IMG/VR virus record: IMGVR_UViG_3300007863_000252
Coordinates: 1-31,831 of that record
Reading direction: 5' to 3' (one strand)
Source of the DNA: a virus
Taxonomy: Duplodnaviria > Caudoviricetes
DNA: 31,831 nt
The notes under the pieces are model-generated. The model ran no database searches. It worked only from the letters and a program-made list of their open reading frames with translations, and had not been told where the DNA came from. Within the stretch, counting starts at the first letter, position 1; every line of letters starts with the position of its first letter. Made by a program: the position numbers and the translations under genes. Below are positions 18,610 to 25,271 of the stretch, piece after piece.

Positions 18610-19271
18610 TGGAAGTAGTAATAGGAAAAGAATTCATGAAACGTCTGAATAGTATTTCGGACGAATTCTTTTCTATGGATTATAAAAAGAATAAGTACGT
18701 ATCTACACGAAATGATGATTCCTATACGAGGGGAGAAGAGTATTGTAGTGACCTTGCGTTGAAAGAAAAACTTCATAATTGGGAAGACCACGAAGGTTTT
18801 CCTGAAGAATACTTTGCACAACCCATATCATTAATGGTCAAAAAAGACCCTGAGATATGGACACCTTTCCGAGACAAAGTAAAGTTTGACTTTGCAAATG
18901 AGATAGGAGCACATTCAAGTGCATTATTATCTTACTATCCAAAAGGTGGTCATGTAGGATGGCACACTAATTGGAATGCGAATGCATATCAAGTGTTGTT
19001 TACCTACAGTAAACACGGTGATGGTTACTTTAGGTGGTATGACAAAACAACAGATACAATACATACTATTACCGATGTAGTCGGATGGCAATGTAGACAT
19101 TATTATTTTGGTAGGAAAGAAGAAGAGTTTCAACACTGTTGGCATTCTGCATATGCGGGATGTGATAGATTGACTCTTGCATATAAGTTCTCAAACAAAA
19201 GTATTTACGATGACCAAAATGAAAAGGCAATCGAAATGAGGGACTTATGCATCGAAGAAGTAATGCAATAA
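18609..19271 (+). CDS. Putative 2OG-Fe(II) oxygenase-fold protein
   Basis: YYPKGGHVGWHTN ... CWHSAYAGCDRLTL; start set at ATG overlapping thyX stop. Confidence 0.5.
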   Translation: MEVVIGKEFMKRLNSISDEFFSMDYKKNKYVSTRNDDSYTRGEEYCSDLALKEKLHNWEDHEGFPEEYFAQPISLMVKKDPEIWTPFRDKVKFDFANEIGAHSSALLSYYPKGGHVGWHTNWNANAYQVLFTYSKHGDGYFRWYDKTTDTIHTITDVVGWQCRHYYFGRKEEEFQHCWHSAYAGCDRLTLAYKFSNKSIYDDQNEKAIEMRDLCIEEVMQ

Positions 19272-19276
19272 AAACC

Positions 19277-19305
19277 TTGACAAACACTGTATATTATAGT
19301 ATAAT
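19277..19305 (+). promoter_or_regulatory. sigma70-type promoter
   Basis: TTGACA-N17-TATAAT. Confidence 0.85.
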
Positions 19306-19332
19306 GGTACAAATTCAAAATTGGAGAAACGA

Positions 19333-19632
19333 ATGAAAAAAGGTGATGTGGTCACAGTAGTGACAATTAGTGGAGAGTATGTTGGTAAACTACTTTCTCA
19401 AGATAATGGAAGTATTGGACTAGAGAACCCAAGGATGGTTCTATCAGACCCTAACTCAGGTAAGATGGGATTTGCAAAGGGTCTTGCAGCAACGGGTATT
19501 GAAAATCCAAAGACTGCGGTGTTCAATCAAGTGGTTGTATGTCTAATGACAAACCCCGATGTAAAGGATGCGTTCTTAAGAGCAACAGGTGAGAAAACAA
19601 TTCTCGAACCAAAACAGACCATTATTACATAG
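19333..19632 (+). CDS. Hypothetical protein, possible Sm-like beta fold
   Basis: GGAG SD; GDVVTVVTISGEYVGKL...LENPRMV pattern. Confidence 0.6.
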   Translation: MKKGDVVTVVTISGEYVGKLLSQDNGSIGLENPRMVLSDPNSGKMGFAKGLAATGIENPKTAVFNQVVVCLMTNPDVKDAFLRATGEKTILEPKQTIIT

Positions 19633-19640
19633 GAGTTGTA

Positions 19641-19925
19641 ATGCCTAAAAGTGAAGTAGACTATAAGTATAATGAAGGCAATACAATTGCAGAATTAAAG
19701 TCGTATGTTGATAACACGTATGGTGAACATTATTCTAAGAATAAGTTTCAAGCAACTGAGTTCATCATTGATGGTGGACATGGAGACGGGTTCTGTATTG
19801 GAAACATTCTTAAGTATGCACAACGTTATGGAAACAAGGATGGGTATAATCGTAAGGACTTGATGAAGGTTCTACATTATGCAATCATTCAATTACACGT
19901 ACACGACCACTACGATAGAGGTTAG
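19641..19925 (+). CDS. DUF3310-like protein
   Basis: HY..., GFCIGNILKYAQRYGNKDG, DLMKVLHY; AGGAG SD. Confidence 0.75.
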   Translation: MPKSEVDYKYNEGNTIAELKSYVDNTYGEHYSKNKFQATEFIIDGGHGDGFCIGNILKYAQRYGNKDGYNRKDLMKVLHYAIIQLHVHDHYDRG

Positions 19926-19926
19926 T

Positions 19927-20124
19927 ATGAAGAAGAAGGAACGTATTCCTTTAAAAAACGGATATGAATTTGACGCACTTACAAAGGCACGTAAATGGTA
20001 TAAGTACCTAAACAAGCCAGGAGTTGTGAAAAAGATTAAGAAATCTTACAACAAACGTATCAGAAAACATTTTAAAGTGTTTGATAAGAATGATGTAAAG
20101 TATTCAGATGGAGATAATACGTGA
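19927..20124 (+). CDS. Small basic hypothetical protein
   Basis: GAGG SD, Lys/Arg-rich, stop overlaps next GTG. Confidence 0.7.
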   Translation: MKKKERIPLKNGYEFDALTKARKWYKYLNKPGVVKKIKKSYNKRIRKHFKVFDKNDVKYSDGDNT

Positions 20125-20984
20125 CAACACTTGCAACCATAGGATGTAGTTTCGTGTGGGGAGATGAGTTGGTGGGGTTTCAAGACAATCCCCCTTCTCA
20201 TTTCCAAAACACATTTGGTAGTATCCTCGCACGTAAGTTGGGTATGGAACACGAAAACCTAGCGATGTGTGGTAACGGTAATGCAAAAATATTCCGTGAC
20301 CTTTTATTGTACCTATCTGACAATCAACCCGATGCGATTGTTATTGTTTGGTCTGCATGGAAACGGATTGAACTCTTCGAATCCAAATACAAGAATGCCG
20401 AACGGGATATGAAAATCCAAAGAGAACAGAATATGTCACAGTTCTCACCCGTTAGATATAACTATCTCAATAAAGAGAATAAGGATGTTGCGGGTATGTG
20501 GGGTACTCTTGTAAACAATAATCAAACAGGTATCATTCAGACATTATCTTATATGTCTGCAATTCAACAATTGTGTGATGCAAGAGGAATTAAGATTGTA
20601 CAATCTGTATTTCATACTGCAATGTCAAATCAATTATTGGATGCGTTCTACAGAACCGCTGATAAAAATGATACTATGGAATGGAGAAGGTATGTCCATG
20701 ATAGAATCAAAAATCATCTAAGACCCGAATGTACTCTTGGTATTAGGTGGATTGAAATCATGGAAAAGACATTTTCTAATCCTAAACTTCATAGAAAAGG
20801 GATAGGTCTCCCTGATGGACGTGTAAAAATTCATACAGGTCAAGCGGTACGGGATGATAACGACCACTGGACTATGTATGAAATTGCTAAAGAAAACGAT
20901 GACATCGCAGAGTTCGGTCATCCGAAAGAACTCACACATCGACTCTATGCAGAGTCCCTCGAAGAAATATTCAAAAAACTTTAA
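20121..20984 (+). CDS. SGNH/GDSL hydrolase-like protein
   Basis: GCSFVWG block I, NLAMCGNGN block II, C-terminal GHP...H. Confidence 0.55.
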   Translation: MTTLATIGCSFVWGDELVGFQDNPPSHFQNTFGSILARKLGMEHENLAMCGNGNAKIFRDLLLYLSDNQPDAIVIVWSAWKRIELFESKYKNAERDMKIQREQNMSQFSPVRYNYLNKENKDVAGMWGTLVNNNQTGIIQTLSYMSAIQQLCDARGIKIVQSVFHTAMSNQLLDAFYRTADKNDTMEWRRYVHDRIKNHLRPECTLGIRWIEIMEKTFSNPKLHRKGIGLPDGRVKIHTGQAVRDDNDHWTMYEIAKENDDIAEFGHPKELTHRLYAESLEEIFKKL

Positions 20985-21002
20985 AAAAAGTGAAAAAAAG
21001 AC

Positions 21003-21031
21003 TTGACAAACCCTGTTGAGTCATGTATTAT
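21003..21031 (+). promoter_or_regulatory. sigma70-type promoter with upstream A-tracts
   Basis: TTGACA-N17-TATTAT, A-tract UP-like element 20983-20999. Confidence 0.8.
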
Positions 21032-21037
21032 ACACAT

Positions 21038-21313
21038 ATCGATTGGGAAAACGTGACCACTCGCCTAGGGAAGTTTGTGACTTTCAGGTGATAAGCGACA
21101 GACTCTATTGCGAATGATTAACATACCATTGGTAGAGTCGATACAAAGTGGAAAAGGTAAAAAAACAAAATCGAGAGAACTAAACTCATTGAGTCACAGT
21201 GTGACAATAGGATGAGGCAGATTCCGCCCTAGGGGATGAGATGTCGAGGTTACATACCATTAAGTTGGTCACTCCAGTAGCTCTCATTCCCTATCATGGG
21301 TGTCCCTTTTTTT
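21038..21313 (+). ncRNA. Candidate large structured non-coding RNA of unknown family
   Basis: Own promoter, no convincing ORF, nested long-range helices, repeated ACATACCATT, ends in T-run. Confidence 0.65.
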
Positions 21314-21331
21314 ATAATGAATGGAGTAGTG

Positions 21332-21637
21332 ATGCAAACATTTCACGGTTCAATGAAGTACGATATGCACGGACGCAAACGTAAGACCAATGCATGGAAG
21401 AAGGCGAAACCTTACAAACCCAAATTCAAACCCTTAGACAATTATTCATTAGGACGTGATGGTGATGACCATCGTGAGAAGTATCCGTCCATGAGTTCTA
21501 CAGGGATGGGATATACACCCGCAAAAGACCAATCATATAAGATTGAGGAGTCTAAGAACTTCACAGTTGCGATTGGATATAACAAGGGTAGTTACCAAGT
21601 CATTCCTCGTGACGAAGTCAAAAGTATTGGAAAATAA
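21332..21637 (+). CDS. Hypothetical protein (YNKGxYQVI type)
   Basis: GGAG SD at 21323-21326; basic N-terminus. Confidence 0.75.
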   Translation: MQTFHGSMKYDMHGRKRKTNAWKKAKPYKPKFKPLDNYSLGRDGDDHREKYPSMSSTGMGYTPAKDQSYKIEESKNFTVAIGYNKGSYQVIPRDEVKSIGK

Positions 21638-21649
21638 TTCAAAAAAAGA

Positions 21650-21682
21650 CTTGACAAAACCTGTTCTTGTTGTTATAATAAG
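21650..21682 (+). promoter_or_regulatory. sigma70-type promoter cassette, copy 1 of a 33 nt exact repeat
   Basis: CTTGACAAAACCTGTTCTTGTTGTTATAATAAG, identical at 30773-30805. Confidence 0.9.
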
Positions 21683-21708
21683 TGTATAAAATGAGAAAAG
21701 GAGAGAGA

Positions 21709-21804
21709 ATGAAATTTTTACAGAAACATGGATTGTTGGATGGGGACTTTGTTCAACCTCTAGTCATTATGACTATTGTGTTACTTTTAGGAGAATTATT
21801 ATGA
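21709..21804 (+). CDS. Small hydrophobic peptide, 31 aa, missing from ORF track
   Basis: AAGGAG SD; MKFLQKHGLLDGDFVQPLVIMTIVLLLGELL; ATGA overlap with next gene. Confidence 0.6.
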   Translation: MKFLQKHGLLDGDFVQPLVIMTIVLLLGELL

Positions 21805-22148
21805 ATATATTAGAATATGGTGTGTATGAGTCATTCAATAAGAGTGGTTCATCTAGACAGGGTGAGATTACCACCACCTACGATACCCTTTTGAATCTTT
21901 TCGGTAAACCGTCTTATACAGATGCAGACCCATATGAGAAGGTATCTTGTGAGTGGGTTCTACATGTCAAAATCGAAGACGGTGAAGACTGGGTCTACAA
22001 ACAGGTTTCCATCTATGCATGGAAGTACGGTAGAATCCCTACTGAGGAATGCCAGTGGAACATTGGTGGTTTTGACTGGGATGCAACAGAAGTTGTTGCA
22101 ACAATTATTGAAAACGGTATTGCACCCGACTATAGTGAGGTTGCGTAA
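21801..22148 (+). CDS. Hypothetical protein
   Basis: AGGAG SD, 115 aa ORF in early-type operon. Confidence 0.8.
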   Translation: MNILEYGVYESFNKSGSSRQGEITTTYDTLLNLFGKPSYTDADPYEKVSCEWVLHVKIEDGEDWVYKQVSIYAWKYGRIPTEECQWNIGGFDWDATEVVATIIENGIAPDYSEVA

Positions 22149-22315
22149 TGATTAGAGTATTGATTGGAATCATCTTAGTGATGGGTGGTGTTGGTGGAAT
22201 TGAAACTAACACTGAAGTGGCAATACCTTTGGACAGTCTTGGTATCGCACTCTTAGGACTTGTAATAATGGGTTGGGGTGCAATTGATTTAAATAAGGAA
22301 AGTAGATATGAGTAA
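22148..22315 (+). CDS. Small two-TM membrane protein, 55 aa, missing from ORF track
   Basis: GAGG SD, TAATG coupling; MIRVLIGIILVMGGVGG...LGIALLGLVIMGWG. Confidence 0.7.
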   Translation: MIRVLIGIILVMGGVGGIETNTEVAIPLDSLGIALLGLVIMGWGAIDLNKESRYE

Positions 22316-22499
22316 AATTGGACAATTCAATTTTGAGTGTCAAGAGATTGCGGAGAGTAATTTCAATGAGAAACGGGATGTTGTGATTGCAGAAGTTGAG
22401 AAGACTTTTGGGAAACGTCCTGATATGGTGTCCTATGCAACCCAAGTTACGGTTGAACACTGGGAAGAAATCCAATCAGACATGGTCAAATTCTTCTAG
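22308..22499 (+). CDS. Hypothetical protein
   Basis: AAGGA SD, 63 aa. Confidence 0.7.
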   Translation: MSKIGQFNFECQEIAESNFNEKRDVVIAEVEKTFGKRPDMVSYATQVTVEHWEEIQSDMVKFF

Positions 22500-22500
22500 A

Positions 22501-22508
22501 TATAAATA
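22501..22508 (+). promoter_or_regulatory. T4-type late promoter
   Basis: TATAAATA intergenic, 8 nt before ATG 22517. Confidence 0.7.
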
Positions 22509-22516
22509 GGTGTGTT

Positions 22517-22687
22517 ATGAAGAAACAAAAAAACAAACGCATCAAGTCTCGACATGCACGGATACTGTTCGATAAGGACAGTCCGTTCAAACATCAAGTG
22601 GTGCGTGACCGTACCAAGTTCAAAAGAAAAGAGAAATATCCCCGCAAAGACGGGGATTTTTTTTATCCGATAATTTCTATTGTCTAG
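22517..22687 (+). CDS. Small basic protein, 56 aa, ArfA-like, missing from ORF track
   Basis: MKKQKNKRIKSRHARILFDKDSPFKHQVVRDRTKFKRKEKYPRKDGDFFYPIISIV; partial resemblance to ArfA core; internal terminator. Confidence 0.6.
   Translation: MKKQKNKRIKSRHARILFDKDSPFKHQVVRDRTKFKRKEKYPRKDGDFFYPIISIV
22638..22664 (+). terminator. Intrinsic terminator inside the 22517-22687 reading frame
   Basis: ATCCCCG-CAAAGA-CGGGGAT with a T8 run at 22657-22664. Confidence 0.85.
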
Positions 22688-22697
22688 GATATTTTCT

Positions 22698-22705
22698 TAT
22701 AAATA
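22698..22705 (+). promoter_or_regulatory. T4-type late promoter for the Csg module
   Basis: TATAAATA 6 nt before ATG 22712. Confidence 0.7.
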
Positions 22706-22711
22706 GTACAT

Positions 22712-22993
22712 ATGGAAGATATAGTAAAACTAGTCAACGAACTGGGTTTTCCTATTGCTTCTGCTTTACTGGGTGGGTTCTTCATGTTCCTTACCCTGAA
22801 ATATATTATGGACGGAGTTATCTCCCAAGTTACATTCATTAATAGCATTGCAAAAGGACTCGACAATCGTGTAAAAAATATGAACCATGACATGGTGCGT
22901 ATGGATACTACCATGTGTGTTGTTCTAGGAATAAGACCTGACTTGAACAGGATTTCTCGTGCAGACGGAAAAGAGGACGCAAGGAGAGATTAG
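22712..22993 (+). CDS. Small membrane protein with GFPI motif (paralog 1)
   Basis: LGFPIA + TM helix + coiled segment GLDNRVKNMNHDMVRMD. Confidence 0.8.
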   Translation: MEDIVKLVNELGFPIASALLGGFFMFLTLKYIMDGVISQVTFINSIAKGLDNRVKNMNHDMVRMDTTMCVVLGIRPDLNRISRADGKEDARRD

Positions 22994-23253
22994 TGGAAGA
23001 GGTGATTAGTGGTGTAAAGGATTTCGGTTTTCCTATTGTTGCTGCAATGGGAATGCTTTATATGATTTACTTTGTATGGAAAACTATAACGACTAAGATT
23101 GAATCATCATTAGAGGAAACTCATATGACATTGATTGGTCTTATTGACAGAATAAGAATGTTGGATAATGATATAATTAGATTGCAACAGAAGTTAGATA
23201 CTGCAATTGAAGTGAAAGGAATACAGGAGAAAGAGAATGACAAAAAAGATTAG
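22993..23253 (+). CDS. Small membrane protein with GFPI motif (paralog 2)
   Basis: FGFPIV + TM helix + GLIDRIRMLDNDIIRLQ; AAGGAG SD, GTG start. Confidence 0.8.
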   Translation: MEEVISGVKDFGFPIVAAMGMLYMIYFVWKTITTKIESSLEETHMTLIGLIDRIRMLDNDIIRLQQKLDTAIEVKGIQEKENDKKD

Positions 23254-23692
23254 TGTGATATCATTATTGATGGTACTCGTGTTATTGAGTGTTGAAGCGG
23301 AAGCTGCACCTATGGAACACAAGTTTAAAAACCCATCTTTCAGTGGTGTTAATACTTCTGCTCACTATCTCACGATTGAGAACCAAACGTTCAATCGTAA
23401 GAAAGCGATTAAAGAAGAAATTAAAATGTTGCAAGAACAACTCGAAAGAGATGCAGAGAATACTACACTTGCAAAATTTATTAGGAATATGGAAAGTCGT
23501 ATATACTCGACTCTTTCAAGACAGATAGTAGACAGTATGTTCGGTGAGAATCCGTCAATGACTGGTTCTTTTAACATTGAGGGTACAGGTGTATCTTACG
23601 TCAGAGATGGCGATAGCGTGGAGTTAACAATTACAGATGAAAACGGCAATACAACTGTTATCCGTATCCCTCTTGGGGATTTTGGTATCTAG
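23237..23692 (+). CDS. csgF: CsgF-like curli assembly/transport component
   Basis: Signal peptide AEA, FKNPSFSG at mature N-terminus, C-terminal LTITD..G.TT.I.IP; adjacent to csgG. Confidence 0.8.
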   Translation: MTKKISVISLLMVLVLLSVEAEAAPMEHKFKNPSFSGVNTSAHYLTIENQTFNRKKAIKEEIKMLQEQLERDAENTTLAKFIRNMESRIYSTLSRQIVDSMFGENPSMTGSFNIEGTGVSYVRDGDSVELTITDENGNTTVIRIPLGDFGI

Positions 23693-24446
23693 TTGTGCGT
23701 CAGTAGACGGACTTAAGATACCAGCTGTCGAGGAACCGACAGTACAGAAGACATTAGTACAACAAGACTTGTACAATGTTCTTCCGCCTAAGAGAAAACC
23801 AACCGTTGCGGTCTATCAATTTACAGACCAAACGGGACAGAAGAGACAAAATAGTGGAGGAGGTACTTCCTTCAGTAGTGCAGTAACCCAAGCGCCTGGT
23901 GCATACTTGGTTCGTGCATTAAAACTTGCGTCTAGAGGCAGTTTTTTTACTGTCGTAGACAGAACATTATTAGATTCACTCACTCGTGAACGTCAACTGA
24001 TTCGTCAAACAAGACAATCATATGACGGAGAGGGTGCAAAGAAATTACCCGCTCTTACTTTTGCGGGTATGATTATTGCGGGTGGTATTGTAGGTTACGA
24101 TACATCCGTTGAGACTGGCGGTGCGGGGGCAAGATACCTCGGTATAGGTGCTAGTAAACAATATAGTATTGATACTGTGACGGTGAATATCCGTCTCGTA
24201 TCAGTAGCAACGGGAGAAGTATTACTTGATGTGATATCAACTAAAACTATACTTTCAACCGCCAATGGAGGGGATGTATTCAAATTTATTGAACAGGGTA
24301 CGGAACTAGTAGAGATAGAAAGTGGAGTGACCAAAAACGAATCCGTTTCAATTGCAACTCAAAGGGCGATAGAAGCGGGAGTCCTTGAACTTATTCACCG
24401 TGGTGGTGAAGTCGGTTTTTGGGATTTTATTGATGTAAGAGGATAA
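23637..24446 (+). CDS. csgG: CsgG-like outer membrane secretion channel lipoprotein
   Basis: Lipobox LVSSC, VAVYQFTDQTGQ, FSSAVTQ, LTRERQLIR, GGAGARYLGIG, RLVSVATGEVL. Confidence 0.92.
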   Translation: MKTAIQLLSVSLLGILVSSCASVDGLKIPAVEEPTVQKTLVQQDLYNVLPPKRKPTVAVYQFTDQTGQKRQNSGGGTSFSSAVTQAPGAYLVRALKLASRGSFFTVVDRTLLDSLTRERQLIRQTRQSYDGEGAKKLPALTFAGMIIAGGIVGYDTSVETGGAGARYLGIGASKQYSIDTVTVNIRLVSVATGEVLLDVISTKTILSTANGGDVFKFIEQGTELVEIESGVTKNESVSIATQRAIEAGVLELIHRGGEVGFWDFIDVRG

Positions 24447-24518
24447 TCTTTTACATAAAAATATACGGGCACACACCCGTTTTAAAGGAGGCATTCCTCA
24501 AGGAATGTTTAAAAGCAT

Positions 24519-25271
24519 ATGACAAAGCAATATAAAATAGGTTTATCTTTGTTAATGACTTTTATAATGGCACCCCACGCAAGTGCGGATAACGAAATAT
24601 ATATAGACCAAGTAGGTGGAACATCTACTATTGTTATCGAACAAGATGGTTCAAACAACTTAGTAGGTGGAGATGCATCACAAATCGCTGCAGGTGCTCC
24701 GTCTAAGTTTATACTGAATGGTGATAACATAAACTTTAACTCTGTATTCTCAGGTAGTTCTAATAAACTATTTGGTGGAATATATGGTGATAATACTGTA
24801 GTAGACTTAGATGTCACGGGTTCTTCAAATAACATAACATTTGACGTAGACCCCGACAATGTATACGGTGCGGGAAGTGGAGATTTCCAAATCGATATCT
24901 CAGGTGGTAACAATACCATCGATTGGGGATTCGGTAGAAACGATGCCGCTTCAAATGCAGACGTTGATGTATTACTAGACGGTGATTTCAATACCGCAAA
25001 TATATCAGTAGATGTATCTGACGTAACATTGAACTGGGACTTTGCAACAAGTAACTCAACACTTGACTACACAGCAACTGGGTATGATGGACATACTGCA
25101 ACAATTACTGGTGATGGTGATTACATGAATTTGGATTTAATCCAATCAAGTACTCTCTCGTCAGATACAATAGAGATAGAGTTTGACGGTAATGGTACAT
25201 CAACATCTAATTCGGTTATTTGTATTCAGCAGTCTGATTCTGGCACCGCTACAAGTAACTGCGGAAACTAA
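24519..25271 (+). CDS. Secreted curlin-like / beta-solenoid repeat protein
   Basis: Signal peptide ASA, repeats of x-I-x-Q/V-x-G-x-x-N type (IDQVG, IEQDGSNN, VTGSSNN, ISGGNN, LDGDFN), G/N/D/S-rich. Confidence 0.6.
   Translation: MTKQYKIGLSLLMTFIMAPHASADNEIYIDQVGGTSTIVIEQDGSNNLVGGDASQIAAGAPSKFILNGDNINFNSVFSGSSNKLFGGIYGDNTVVDLDVTGSSNNITFDVDPDNVYGAGSGDFQIDISGGNNTIDWGFGRNDAASNADVDVLLDGDFNTANISVDVSDVTLNWDFATSNSTLDYTATGYDGHTATITGDGDYMNLDLIQSSTLSSDTIEIEFDGNGTSTSNSVICIQQSDSGTATSNCGN

Noticed and set aside
21096-21141. CAGACUC...UAGAGUCG resembles a group I intron P7 helix with bulged A
   Set aside because: Too little room upstream for P4-P6, no convincing P3 or J8/7, and no interrupted gene flanks it
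21114-21215. 33-codon ORF MINIPLVESIQ... inside the candidate RNA
   Set aside because: No SD and no recognisable motif; extensive pairing better explains the region, though translation cannot be excluded
21038-21313. tmRNA, RNase P RNA or tRNA identity for the non-coding region
   Set aside because: No acceptor stem with CCA, no TTCGA T-loop, no GAGGAAAGUCC, no Ala-ending tag frame
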